63,835 nucleotides of DNA from an uncultured Candidatus Saccharibacteria bacterium (GTDB lineage Bacteria; Patescibacteriota; Minisyncoccia; Phycocordibacterales; UBA2100): NCBI GenBank assembly GCA_964434285.1, contig CAYSUJ010000005.1, positions 1-63,835 of the forward strand, read 5' to 3'. A program made the position numbers and the translations under genes. This document shows, in pieces, positions 1 to 8,970 of the stretch; the first letter of the stretch is position 1, and each line of letters starts with the position of its first letter. A model generated the notes under the pieces. It did no database searches, was not told the DNA's origin, and saw nothing but the letters and a program-made list of their open reading frames with translations.

Positions 1-14
1 CCAATGATCGCTTA

Positions 15-1964
15 GTGATAGATAGCTCGGGCCATGTCGGACTCGGCACCTCAACACCAGGATCGCTCTCTTCATCAGGATTTGCTCTCGCGAACGGTAG
101 GGTGCTTGAACTGAACAGTGCAGCTGCTTCTGGTGACGTTGGGCTTTTCTTGCGAAGAAATGATGCGGTGGTTGGTGTTGATCTCTGGATTGACGGCAAC
201 TCTTCTGTAACGGGAAGCAACTTTGGAACTTATTTTGATAATCGCTACTTTGGTTCGGACTTCATCTTCCGCGTGAACACAGCAAGCTCACCTACCGAGC
301 GCATGCGGCTCTCATCTGGCGGTAATCTCGGGGTTGGGACGTCGACGCCATTTGCAAATCTTGCAATTCACGCCAACAATGGAGGATCCAACACTACCCT
401 TTTTGCCGTGGCTTCATCTACCGGAAGTGCAACCACCACACTCTTCTCCATTAGCAACACAGGAGCAGCATCAACAACCCTATTTTTCGGGGCTGGTCTC
501 ACTGCATGTCAAAGTAACAACGTCCTAACGTGGAACAACGGGTTATTCGGATGTGAAGCTGACGACGGAGGTGCAGGAGGTAGCGCTTTCGCCTGGACTC
601 CTGGCACGGCATTCGGTATGGCGGTGAACGCAACGTCCACGACGCTGCAACTGCAAGCGGGACTCTTCGCCTCATCGACGGTGCGCTTTGGCGACGCGGG
701 GGTCTTGAGCCAGTTCCTTTGGAGCGGTTCAACCGGTCGCCTCGGAATCGGCACGACTTCCCCATTCGCACTTCTCTCGGTGAGCACTCCGTTCAGCTCA
801 ACTGGACAAGCACCGCAAACACTCTTTGCCGTCGGCTCGACAACCGCCGCGGGCGTGCATTCCAATCTCTTCAGCGTGGAGAGCTCCGGTCTCTCAACCT
901 TCGGCGACGCATCTGGTACGGGCGACGCCAACTTCCAGTTCGCGTCCGACCCGAACGCGTGGTCGATGGGATACGCATCGACCGACAAATCGTTCCGTAT
1001 CGCATCATCAACAAACTTTGCCGGAAGCCCCGCGCTCACGATCACCAAAGGTACGGCGAACAATATTGGTGTTGGTGGTACGACGACGCCATGGCGCACG
1101 TTCTCGGTGCAGGGTTCGGTGGCGATTAATGGGCTCTCAGCCGTGTCCGGCACCGATCAGTCCGTCTGTATAGATCCGGTCACCTTTGACATAACAACCC
1201 AATCCGGCGACACCTGTGCAGTATCGTCTGCACGATATAAGAACACCATCACGCCACTCGAAGAGCGTGGACTCGAGATGTTACGCACCTTCAATCCAGT
1301 TTCGTTCATCTATAACGGTGACACAGCATCGACAACTCACTGGGGCTTCATTGCCGAGCAGATGGCTTCCACTTCGCCACAACTCGCCGCATGGAATCCG
1401 GACGGGTCGGTGCAAACGATTAATAGTGTTGCGATTAGCGCAGTGCTCGCACAGGCTTTGAAGGAACTCGACCTCAACCTCTCGACAATTGCTTCAACGA
1501 CCGCAAGCTCCACAGAGGCATCGCGCTCATTCGCAGAAAGCTTCTTCGGGAACATCTTCACACGTCTCACGCAGTGGTTTGCAAGCGCGACAAACGGCAT
1601 CGGCGACTTCTTCGCAAACCGCGTGAAGACCAAGGAACTCTGCGTACAGGATGATCAGGGCGGGGAAACGTGCATCACGAAGAGCCAGCTCGATGCGCTT
1701 CTCGCAGGCGCAGCAGCATCGCAAGGAGGTGGCTCACCTGCTCCGGAGCCTCAACCAGAACCGGAACCAACTCCGGAACCAGACCCGAACGCAACCAGTA
1801 CGCCACCCGTTGAAGAGCCACCGACTGAGGAACCTCCCGCCGAAGAGCCGCCTGCAGAAGAGCCACCCACCGAAGAGGAGCCGACACCTGAACCAACACC
1901 TGAGCCGGAGCCAGAATCAGAGCCAACCCCCGAGCCAACCCCAGAACCCGCACCTTCTGAGTAG
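15..1964 (+). CDS. Tail-fibre-like surface protein with a C-terminal intramolecular-chaperone (peptidase S74-type) domain and a Pro/Glu/Thr-rich tail; probably 5'-truncated by the window edge
   Basis: 649-aa ORF, and the frame stays open back to nt 3. It has repeated GxxGxGTxxPxxxLxV motifs typical of tail-fibre repeats. The segment SARYKNTITPLEERGLEMLRTFNPVSFIYNGD...HWGFIAEQ...AISAVLAQALKELDLNL (about nt 1218-1475) matches the S74 chaperone-of-endosialidase signature. Confidence 0.6.
   Translation: MIDSSGHVGLGTSTPGSLSSSGFALANGRVLELNSAAASGDVGLFLRRNDAVVGVDLWIDGNSSVTGSNFGTYFDNRYFGSDFIFRVNTASSPTERMRLSSGGNLGVGTSTPFANLAIHANNGGSNTTLFAVASSTGSATTTLFSISNTGAASTTLFFGAGLTACQSNNVLTWNNGLFGCEADDGGAGGSAFAWTPGTAFGMAVNATSTTLQLQAGLFASSTVRFGDAGVLSQFLWSGSTGRLGIGTTSPFALLSVSTPFSSTGQAPQTLFAVGSTTAAGVHSNLFSVESSGLSTFGDASGTGDANFQFASDPNAWSMGYASTDKSFRIASSTNFAGSPALTITKGTANNIGVGGTTTPWRTFSVQGSVAINGLSAVSGTDQSVCIDPVTFDITTQSGDTCAVSSARYKNTITPLEERGLEMLRTFNPVSFIYNGDTASTTHWGFIAEQMASTSPQLAAWNPDGSVQTINSVAISAVLAQALKELDLNLSTIASTTASSTEASRSFAESFFGNIFTRLTQWFASATNGIGDFFANRVKTKELCVQDDQGGETCITKSQLDALLAGAAASQGGGSPAPEPQPEPEPTPEPDPNATSTPPVEEPPTEEPPAEEPPAEEPPTEEEPTPEPTPEPEPESEPTPEPTPEPAPSE
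1728..1961 (+). repeat. Low-complexity tandem coding repeats (PEP / EEPPx / TPEP units)
   Basis: The translation reads PEPQPEPEPTPEPDP...EEPPTEEPPAEEPPAEEPPTEEEPTPEPTPEPEPESEPTPEPTPEP. The nucleotide periodicity of 12-15 nt is visible by eye. Confidence 0.6.
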
Positions 1965-1970
1965 TACAAT

Positions 1971-2969
1971 ATGTCGTCACCTATGAAAGCAGGGCTACCG
2001 CAAAGAAATCGTACGATAATCTTTATCGCGGCAATCATCCTGCTTGTTCTCACGAACGGCGCCACACTGCTTTGGATAAAACTTCATCCACATTCGATTG
2101 AAGAAAGAGTGGCAGAGTATCCACTGATTGACCCAGCGCGAAACTTTATCCCTCAGGAAGACTTTGTCGTGAACATCCAGCCGCTTCGCGAGGATTTGCG
2201 CGCAAAGGCGCGTGTTCTTGAAGAGGAGGGCGCACGTGTATCGCTCTATCTTGAATACCTCAACACGGGTGCGAACATTTCCATAAAACCGGACGTTTAT
2301 ATATGGCCTGCGTCGCTTGCCAAAGTTCCCCTCGCTATGGCTGTCATGAAAAAAATCGAGCGAGGGGAATGGCAACCTTCGGACAAACTTGTTCTCATGG
2401 AGGGGGACCGCGATATTCATTCGGGGGACGCGGACGACCCCATTCTCGAGCATCCTATCGGTACGCGCTTTACCATCACGGAGCTCATACAAGAACTCCT
2501 TGCCCATTCCGACAACACTGCATATAGAATACTCTTGCGTAATGTACACAACGACGATGTTGGCGACGTCATTGAGGAGCTTGGTCTTGAATCCCTCTTC
2601 ACGCCAGAGGGTCGCGTCTCTGCAAAAGAATACGCGCGTATCTTGCGTGCGCTCTATACTTCGAGCTTCCTTTCTCGCGAACATTCACAGATGCTTCTTG
2701 AATATCTAGACCAATCGTCATTTGATGAGTTTCTTGCCAGCGAGATTTCTACCGACGTGGCTTTCCCGCACAAGTACGGGGAGAATCTCTCACTTCGCGT
2801 CTTTGCCGATTCGGGCATAATATACGTTCCGAATCGCCCATACATTTTGAGTGTGATGATCGAGTATCCAACGTCACTTTCACCGGAAGCAAGCTCCGAG
2901 CACGCACGCGCATTCATGCGCGAAGTTTCGAAGAGTGCATTCGGGTTTTTTCGATCGTCTGAGATATGA
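1971..2969 (+). CDS. Serine hydrolase, class A beta-lactamase-like / penicillin-binding-like, N-terminally membrane anchored
   Basis: 332-aa ORF with an N-terminal hydrophobic helix. It has an SxxK motif (ASLAKV) and an SDN motif (AHSDNTAY) at the spacing expected for the class A beta-lactamase fold. Confidence 0.65.
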   Translation: MSSPMKAGLPQRNRTIIFIAAIILLVLTNGATLLWIKLHPHSIEERVAEYPLIDPARNFIPQEDFVVNIQPLREDLRAKARVLEEEGARVSLYLEYLNTGANISIKPDVYIWPASLAKVPLAMAVMKKIERGEWQPSDKLVLMEGDRDIHSGDADDPILEHPIGTRFTITELIQELLAHSDNTAYRILLRNVHNDDVGDVIEELGLESLFTPEGRVSAKEYARILRALYTSSFLSREHSQMLLEYLDQSSFDEFLASEISTDVAFPHKYGENLSLRVFADSGIIYVPNRPYILSVMIEYPTSLSPEASSEHARAFMREVSKSAFGFFRSSEI

Positions 2970-5506
2970 AGCGACTTCTCTGTGGCACAAAGTCATGCTC
3001 TGCCTCGGCGCTCATTGCGCTTATCGTCTTGACGAATATACCTGTCGGCCTCTTTGAGTACATGGCACAGAAGCTTGCAGATCGTGACATAGTCGATGTT
3101 CTTTGGATTGCTGAACACGACGAATTGGTTGTAGACAGTATTCGCTTTCCGCGCGCTGAGGCTGCCGTGACTCCGACAGGTGTTCTCGGATTTTCCGAAA
3201 CCGCCGCGAACGACAACATGCAATTCCTCTCATTTACTTCGCCTTCAACATATACTGACCGAGGTAACTCGGTCGACACAACAACAAATACAAACGATCT
3301 CCAGCACATTCGAGGCGAGATGGCGGCAACGAGAGATGAAATGATATGGGGCCAGCTTGAGTTAGATGGCACATTACACGTCACACGCTGCGTTGGCGGA
3401 TGTGATGCATCGGGAGATTGGTCAGAGGAACTAGAAATAGCCGGTGTTGGCCCTGCGACTGTGGCATGTGACGCTTCGACAAATGCTTGCGAACGCGCTT
3501 ATGACATTGCATACGAACAGCTTGGTGGAAGAGCGGTTATTTTCTACGGCAAGCTCGCAAACGACGGCGTTATATTCTTCAATATCTGGGATGGAACATC
3601 ATGGGTCGGAGAAGACAGTTTTACCTTCAAATCAACTAACCTCGCGGACACAGAGTGGGTAAGCGCTATTCCTGAGGGCGACAATCTGGGTACCCGTCGC
3701 TCCAATCGGATCCTCATCATCGCCGAGGATGCAAACGAAGATATTCGCGCGATGATATATGACAATGGCACCATGAGCGATAACACAACCATCACCGACG
3801 ACTCATCAAGCAGCGATCAATCAAATGATTTTGACGGTGCCTGGGAATCGATAACCGGCAATGCCCTTGTCGTCTGGGGCGAGGGGGCGGGTTCAGTAAC
3901 AAACCCTTTCCGCTACAAACGCTTCGTCTCAACCTCCAATACCTGGGACGGGAGTGCGACGGATGTGGGCTCCGTGTTTAGCGCCGTTAACGTTGCACGC
4001 TGGGTAAACCTTGCTTCTGATCTACATTCAGATAGAATCGCTGCGACATTTGAAGGAAGCGGGTCAGATTATCGCCCAGGCGTTTGGAAGGCGGATGGTT
4101 CGACTGAAGGTTTTACGCTCGGCATTGAAGACACATCGACAGAAAGTATTCTGATGAATCAAACCTCGGCCGCTTGGGAGCGATATAATGGCGGCACCTC
4201 TTTCGCACTTTACGTAAATACTGATGCGGGTACGACAGACGTCTCAGACTACCAAACCTTTACCGCAGACACAGGATTCAACGGTGCCGCCATCGATATG
4301 CCTGGCGCTATGGGCGATGATGCCGGGATGTGGAAAATATATCCATCACCAAACTCTGATGAGGTACTTGCGGTCGGTGTCGAATTTTCGGACGATCTCT
4401 GCTTCCAGCGCTGGTCGGGCAGTGCCTGGGATGCCGACTGCACTACAACAGAATACTCAACAACACTGCCTCCAAACACAGCGACGGCGGCAAACGAAGG
4501 TGCCGCGTTCGACTTTGTATATCGTTGGTACTCGCCGTGGTCGCGGAATTGGCGTTTCTATAACGGTGCAGATACGGCAAACACGCCGACATCTGCTCTC
4601 GCAGGAGAAAACACCGCCCCCACCGGCTTTGATAGTGTATCCGGAAATTTTCGTCTCCGTTTTTCAGTCACCGAACTCGCCAACATGTCGCAAACGGACG
4701 CACGTAAAAAATTACAGTATGCAACAGCAGACCCGGACGATCCCGCTACGAGTTGGACGGATGTTGGAGATGTCGCGAGCGGCGCGATTTGGCGATATAG
4801 GGATTGTGATGGCGGGGGCTCTGTGTGCGACGACAATACAACTTTAAGTGGCACTGTATTGAGCGGCTCCCCGACGGCGGGTTGGTGGGTGCAGGATTCA
4901 GATGCTGCAGGCGGCGCAAACATGGATCATACCGGTCTTACTACGCGAGAGCTCGAATATTCTGTTGAGGCTAATAGCGCTACCGGCAATACGACCTATT
5001 ACTTCCGTATGTTTGACACGGATCAGCAGACGGTCGTATTTCGCGAGCAAGACAACGACGGCTCGAATGACTGCGCGAGCGCTGTCTGTACATATCCAAG
5101 CCTTACCACCGCGGCGGGTGCAAGTCCGCCAACAGTTTCTACCAACTTCGCATCAAATGTTGGTGCCACGAGTGCGACGCTACATGGCGTGATCACGAGT
5201 AATGGCGGAGACGATGCTGATCAGCATGGTTTTGCATACTCAACCAACTCAACACTCTCGAGCGGTGTCTCAACGACGACACTCGGCGGGTACGCAGGCG
5301 CAGGAACATTTAGCGGCGGCATTGCGTCTCTGGTGGCCGACACCACGTATTATTTCCGCGCATATGCGACGAATGGCGCCGGCACAGGCTTTGGCCTTAT
5401 TCTTAGCTTCTTTACGGGAAATGCGAATGTGACCCGCACGGTGCGGCTTTTTGAAGGGGCGACCGTCAAACTTATGAATGGCAAGCTTATCGTGTATCCT
5501 CGTTAA
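2966..5506 (+). CDS. Large secreted/surface hypothetical protein with C-terminal Fn3-like repeats
   Basis: 846-aa ORF whose ATGA start overlaps the upstream gene's stop. It has a signal-like N-terminus. The C-terminal segments (NTTYYFRMFDTDQ; ADTTYYFRAYATNGAGTGFG) resemble Fn3-type beta-sandwich repeats. No catalytic motif was recognised. Confidence 0.5.
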   Translation: MKRLLCGTKSCSASALIALIVLTNIPVGLFEYMAQKLADRDIVDVLWIAEHDELVVDSIRFPRAEAAVTPTGVLGFSETAANDNMQFLSFTSPSTYTDRGNSVDTTTNTNDLQHIRGEMAATRDEMIWGQLELDGTLHVTRCVGGCDASGDWSEELEIAGVGPATVACDASTNACERAYDIAYEQLGGRAVIFYGKLANDGVIFFNIWDGTSWVGEDSFTFKSTNLADTEWVSAIPEGDNLGTRRSNRILIIAEDANEDIRAMIYDNGTMSDNTTITDDSSSSDQSNDFDGAWESITGNALVVWGEGAGSVTNPFRYKRFVSTSNTWDGSATDVGSVFSAVNVARWVNLASDLHSDRIAATFEGSGSDYRPGVWKADGSTEGFTLGIEDTSTESILMNQTSAAWERYNGGTSFALYVNTDAGTTDVSDYQTFTADTGFNGAAIDMPGAMGDDAGMWKIYPSPNSDEVLAVGVEFSDDLCFQRWSGSAWDADCTTTEYSTTLPPNTATAANEGAAFDFVYRWYSPWSRNWRFYNGADTANTPTSALAGENTAPTGFDSVSGNFRLRFSVTELANMSQTDARKKLQYATADPDDPATSWTDVGDVASGAIWRYRDCDGGGSVCDDNTTLSGTVLSGSPTAGWWVQDSDAAGGANMDHTGLTTRELEYSVEANSATGNTTYYFRMFDTDQQTVVFREQDNDGSNDCASAVCTYPSLTTAAGASPPTVSTNFASNVGATSATLHGVITSNGGDDADQHGFAYSTNSTLSSGVSTTTLGGYAGAGTFSGGIASLVADTTYYFRAYATNGAGTGFGLILSFFTGNANVTRTVRLFEGATVKLMNGKLIVYPR

Positions 5507-5508
5507 GT

Positions 5509-6048
5509 ATGTACAAAATCTTTATAGCCATTCTCGCGATCTGTATACTTGTCGGCGCTTATTTCTTCTTTACGCACACGAGCGCGCCAGCAATTGCAAC
5601 CGCTCGGCCAACGGTGGCAATCTATACTCCCCCGACGCGAACCGCACCTAGTGGCATGAAGGAATACCGCGATGAACAGTACCGGTTCTCGCTCTTCATT
5701 CCGGATGACATGGTCGTTTCGAGACGGACGGAAGAGCAGGGTGCCGCAACAATCACCTTCGAAGACATGTCCAACGCTCGCGGTTTTGAGATTTTCATCG
5801 TGCCGTATCTCGACCCCCAGGTGAGTGAAGAGCGCTTCCGGGAGGACATCCCTTCGGGTGTTCGCACCGACACGCGAGACGTATCCATTGATGGCGCCGT
5901 TGGCGCAACATTTCACGCTGTGCATGACGCTATCGGCGAAACGTCAGAAATATGGTTTATCCGCGATGGCTACCTCTACGAAGTCATGACGCCGCGCTCC
6001 TCAGAGTCCTGGCTCGCCACTGTTATGCAAACATGGGATTTCCTCTAG
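5509..6048 (+). CDS. Hypothetical membrane-anchored protein
   Basis: 179-aa ORF with an N-terminal TM helix (IFIAILAICILVGAYFFF). It is tightly spaced after the upstream gene. Confidence 0.45.
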   Translation: MYKIFIAILAICILVGAYFFFTHTSAPAIATARPTVAIYTPPTRTAPSGMKEYRDEQYRFSLFIPDDMVVSRRTEEQGAATITFEDMSNARGFEIFIVPYLDPQVSEERFREDIPSGVRTDTRDVSIDGAVGATFHAVHDAIGETSEIWFIRDGYLYEVMTPRSSESWLATVMQTWDFL

Positions 6049-6081
6049 ATCACCCAAATGAGGTGCATTGCGCAGGAAATT

Positions 6082-8616
6082 CTATTCAACGATTCGCCAT
6101 ACACCACTCGCAAGGAGTGCTTCTGCTTTCTTGTATTTCATCTCCTGAGTGGTTGTGCCGTCGGTGATAGTGACTTTGTCGTTGCGGCCGTATTTCGAAG
6201 AACTCGCCGGAGCGGACGCGGCGGTGATTTCACGTGCCGCTTGCTGAACCGCCTCCCCTTCTTTCGCACGCATCTGACGACCCTCCCCTCCTGAAAATAG
6301 GTTTGGCAGAGACGAAGCGACATAGGCCGCAAAGCCCGCCTCAAGCCCCTGGAAAAGCTTTAACCCTTCTTTTTTGTACTCGATGAGAGGGTCACGCTGA
6401 CCATACGCACGAAGATTCACGCTCGAGCGGAGGTATTCCATCGCCTCGAGATGCTCGACCCAGAGAAGATCGATGGTGCGGAGGAGTAGCGTGCGCACCT
6501 GTGCGTAGAACGCGTCATTGTGCTCGCTTTTGAGCCACGCAATCGTGGCTGCGAGTTCAGACGCGCCATCAAGGAGATGCGGCGAGATATCGGCAAGCTC
6601 TGCATCTATCGCTTCGTTCCCGCCGGTAAGAATCGCGCGACGGCGCTGGTAGATACTCTTGCGCTGGACGTTCAACACATCGTCATACGCGAGCACGTGC
6701 TTTCGTGCGTCGAAATTCATCTCTTCAATCTTCGTCTGCGCACGCTCAAGGGATTTGGTGATCATGCCATTGTAAATTGGTTCGTCTTCCGGAATGCCAA
6801 AAGAGCCCATGACGCGCTTGATGACGTCGGAGGCAAAGATGCGCATGAGGGAATCCTCGAGCGACACGAAGAATTGGGTCTCGCCCGGATCACCCTGACG
6901 CCCCGCGCGGCCGCGGAGCTGATTGTCGATGCGGCGCGCTTCGTGACGCTCGGTGCCGAGGACGAAGAGCCCTCCAGCTTCTTTCACTGCATGCGTTGCT
7001 TCGTCTGTTGATGGATTGCCTCCGAGCTTGATGTCGACACCACGCCCGGCCATGTTGGTTGCAATGGTAACTGCACCCCTCTTCCCCGCCTGCGCGATGA
7101 TTTCTCCTTCACGTTCGTGATTCTTCGCATTCAACACCTCATGTGGCACGCCTGCTTGCTGGAAATAGGTTGAGAGAAGCTCGTTTTTCTCCACAGAGAC
7201 CGTGCCCACCAAAACCGGCTGCCCCTTCTCATGCAGTTCTTTCACCCGCTTCGCGATCGCGCGCATTTTTCCTGCTTCTGTCTGGAACATGAGATCGTCG
7301 CTGTCCTTGCGCGCTATCGACTTATTGGTCGGAATAGCGACCGTCGTGAGGCCGTATACTTTGAAAAACTCTTCCGACGAGGTTGCTGCCGTACCTGTCA
7401 TGCCCGCAAGCCGCTCATAGAGACGGAAATAGTTCTGGAAGGTAATCGAAGCAAACGTGCGGCTTTCTTTTTGAATTGCAACACCTTCCTTCGCCTCAAT
7501 CGCCTGATGGAGGCCGTCGCTCCAGCGCCTCCCCGGCTGCATGCGCCCAGTAAACTCATCGACGATCACCACTTCCCCGCCGCGCACCACATACTCTTTA
7601 TCTCGCTTATAAAGCGCCTTCGCTCGAACGGCCGTCTCTAGGTGATGGACGTACTTAATACCCGCATCGGTGTAGATGGATTCTAAGTCGAGCGCCTTTT
7701 CAGCCTTCTCAATACCCTCATCCGTCAAAATGATGGCGCGGTGTTTCTCTTCGATGGTGTAGTCTTCGTCTATGGAGAGCGTCGCGGCAATTTGCGCGAA
7801 TTTTTGATAGAGCCCTTCGGCATCCGCGACTGGCGCAGAAATGATGAGTGGTGTGCGCGCTTCATCAATAAGGATGGAGTCGATCTCGTCCACAATCGCG
7901 AAGTGATGGTGCTCCTGGCGAATTTTTTTTGCATCGTATTCCAAGTTGTCACGGAGATAGTCGAAGCCAAATTCATTGTTGGTGCCATAGGTGATGTCAG
8001 CACGATATGCTTCCTCGCGCGAAACGGGGCGCAAAAATTCATGCACCACTTTAAACGCACCTTGCTCATCCTGAGTCTTTTCATCCTCAGCCTTTTCTGA
8101 TTCCGGCACGACACTCGGGTCGTAGACGAATGATGTGTCGTGGTTAATGACGGAGGTTGTGAGCCCGAGCGCGTGATAAATCTGCCCCATCCATACTGCG
8201 TCGCGTCGCGAGAGATAATCGTTCACGGTGACCACGTGCACACCCTTGCCTGAGAGCGCGTTCAAATATGCCGGAAGTGTCGCAACTAAAGTTTTTCCCT
8301 CACCCGTGCGCATCTCTGCGATGCCGCCTTGATGCAAAACAGCGCCTCCGATGAGCTGCACATCGAAATGGCGCTGCCCCAGGGTGCGACGAGAAGCTTC
8401 TCGCACCGCCGCAAAGGCCTCAGGCATGAGTACATCGAGCGATAAACCGCCTTCCAAACGACCCTTAAATTCGGCTGTTTTTGCCCTCAGAGCCTCATCT
8501 GAGAGCGCCTTGAAACTTTCCTCAAGTGCATTCACCTGTGCGACGATAGGTGTCGCTCGACGAAGCGCGGCCCCCGAGCCATCGCCAAATATTCTATTCA
8601 GAAACGACATTCGCAC
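6082..8616 (-). CDS. secA: Preprotein translocase ATPase SecA
   Basis: 844-aa ORF with a Walker A region (MRTGEGKTLVATLP), a DEAD-like DEIDSILIDEARTPLIIS segment and a TNMAGRGVDIKLGG motif. The architecture is full-length SecA. Confidence 0.95.
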   Translation of the reverse strand: MRMSFLNRIFGDGSGAALRRATPIVAQVNALEESFKALSDEALRAKTAEFKGRLEGGLSLDVLMPEAFAAVREASRRTLGQRHFDVQLIGGAVLHQGGIAEMRTGEGKTLVATLPAYLNALSGKGVHVVTVNDYLSRRDAVWMGQIYHALGLTTSVINHDTSFVYDPSVVPESEKAEDEKTQDEQGAFKVVHEFLRPVSREEAYRADITYGTNNEFGFDYLRDNLEYDAKKIRQEHHHFAIVDEIDSILIDEARTPLIISAPVADAEGLYQKFAQIAATLSIDEDYTIEEKHRAIILTDEGIEKAEKALDLESIYTDAGIKYVHHLETAVRAKALYKRDKEYVVRGGEVVIVDEFTGRMQPGRRWSDGLHQAIEAKEGVAIQKESRTFASITFQNYFRLYERLAGMTGTAATSSEEFFKVYGLTTVAIPTNKSIARKDSDDLMFQTEAGKMRAIAKRVKELHEKGQPVLVGTVSVEKNELLSTYFQQAGVPHEVLNAKNHEREGEIIAQAGKRGAVTIATNMAGRGVDIKLGGNPSTDEATHAVKEAGGLFVLGTERHEARRIDNQLRGRAGRQGDPGETQFFVSLEDSLMRIFASDVIKRVMGSFGIPEDEPIYNGMITKSLERAQTKIEEMNFDARKHVLAYDDVLNVQRKSIYQRRRAILTGGNEAIDAELADISPHLLDGASELAATIAWLKSEHNDAFYAQVRTLLLRTIDLLWVEHLEAMEYLRSSVNLRAYGQRDPLIEYKKEGLKLFQGLEAGFAAYVASSLPNLFSGGEGRQMRAKEGEAVQQAAREITAASAPASSSKYGRNDKVTITDGTTTQEMKYKKAEALLASGVWRIVE

Positions 8617-8621
8617 ATCCT

Positions 8622-8660
8622 ATCCTAAAAGAGAAGAACCCTCCAGAGGAGGGTTCTTCT
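8622..8660 (-). terminator. 12-bp GC-rich hairpin followed by CTTTT on the minus strand, about 15 nt upstream of the secA start
   Basis: The stem AGAAGAACCCTC/GAGGGTTCTTCT spans 8632-8643 and 8649-8660 with a 5-nt loop. On the minus strand a T-tract follows it. Confidence 0.4.
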
Positions 8661-8678
8661 GAGGCTAACCCAGTTGGG

Positions 8679-8729
8679 TTATCGGCGCTTTGCCTTCTTT
8701 GCCTTCTTCGCCTTCTTTTTCTTTGCCAT
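8679..8729 (-). CDS. Speculative 16-codon Lys-rich mini-ORF (MAKKKKAKKAKKAKRR)
   Basis: The ATG is at 8727-8729 and the TAA at 8679-8681. The ORF lies between an AT-rich region and the 8632-8660 hairpin. There is no homology evidence, and it may be noise from the 9-mer repeat GCCTTCTTY. Confidence 0.15.
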   Translation of the reverse strand: MAKKKKAKKAKKAKRR

Positions 8730-8936
8730 AGTATTTTTTACTTATTCCCTAGGGAGTAAAAATGGATTCTTCGACCCGCAACTTGCTTCGCTATTCGAAA
8801 GGCGAGATGCGTTTAATTCATTATTGCACTCGCAGTGCATTTCGCATTATTTTTTTGTAATGCGTGTGGATAACTTTCACTTCGAAATAAAATGTAAGGG
8901 GTTATAAAAATTCTTACAAAAATATAAGCAACGTGC

Positions 8937-8964
8937 TTGAATTTTTTTTATCGACTGTTACACT
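8937..8964 (+). promoter_or_regulatory. Sigma70-like promoter candidate (TTGAAT-16 nt-TACACT)
   Basis: A -35 element TTGAAT lies at 8937-8942 and a -10 element TACACT at 8959-8964. It sits at the end of an AT-rich tract and faces the structured non-coding region. Confidence 0.3.
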
Positions 8965-8970
8965 GCGCCT

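Noticed and set aside
509-1153. A 214-aa antisense ORF inside the tail-fibre-like gene, plus several other overlapping ORFs at 334-1173
   Set aside because: These are typical shadow ORFs in Gly/Ala/Thr-rich repetitive coding DNA. Their products are Arg/Pro-rich and lack motifs.
1995-2684. A 229-aa ORF antisense to the beta-lactamase-like gene
   Set aside because: The sense-strand product has clear SxxK and SDN motifs and a signal anchor. The antisense product has none and shows junk-like composition.
15-5506. A prophage or phage-derived island at the left edge
   Set aside because: Only the S74/tail-fibre-like domain is phage-associated. No capsid, portal, terminase, integrase or att-like repeats are visible in the window.
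8690-8725. Short direct repeats (GCCTTCTTY, 3 copies) that might suggest a CRISPR-like or tandem array
   Set aside because: The units are 9 nt with no spacers and simply reflect lysine codons or low complexity. No CRISPR repeat-spacer architecture exists anywhere in the window.
8865-8873. A perfect DnaA box (TGTGGATAA, the complement of TTATCCACA) in the AT-rich gap upstream of secA, a possible oriC
   Set aside because: Only a single box was seen. There is no cluster of boxes, no adjacent dnaA or dnaN, and no obvious strand-bias switch, since genes on both sides are mostly on the minus strand.
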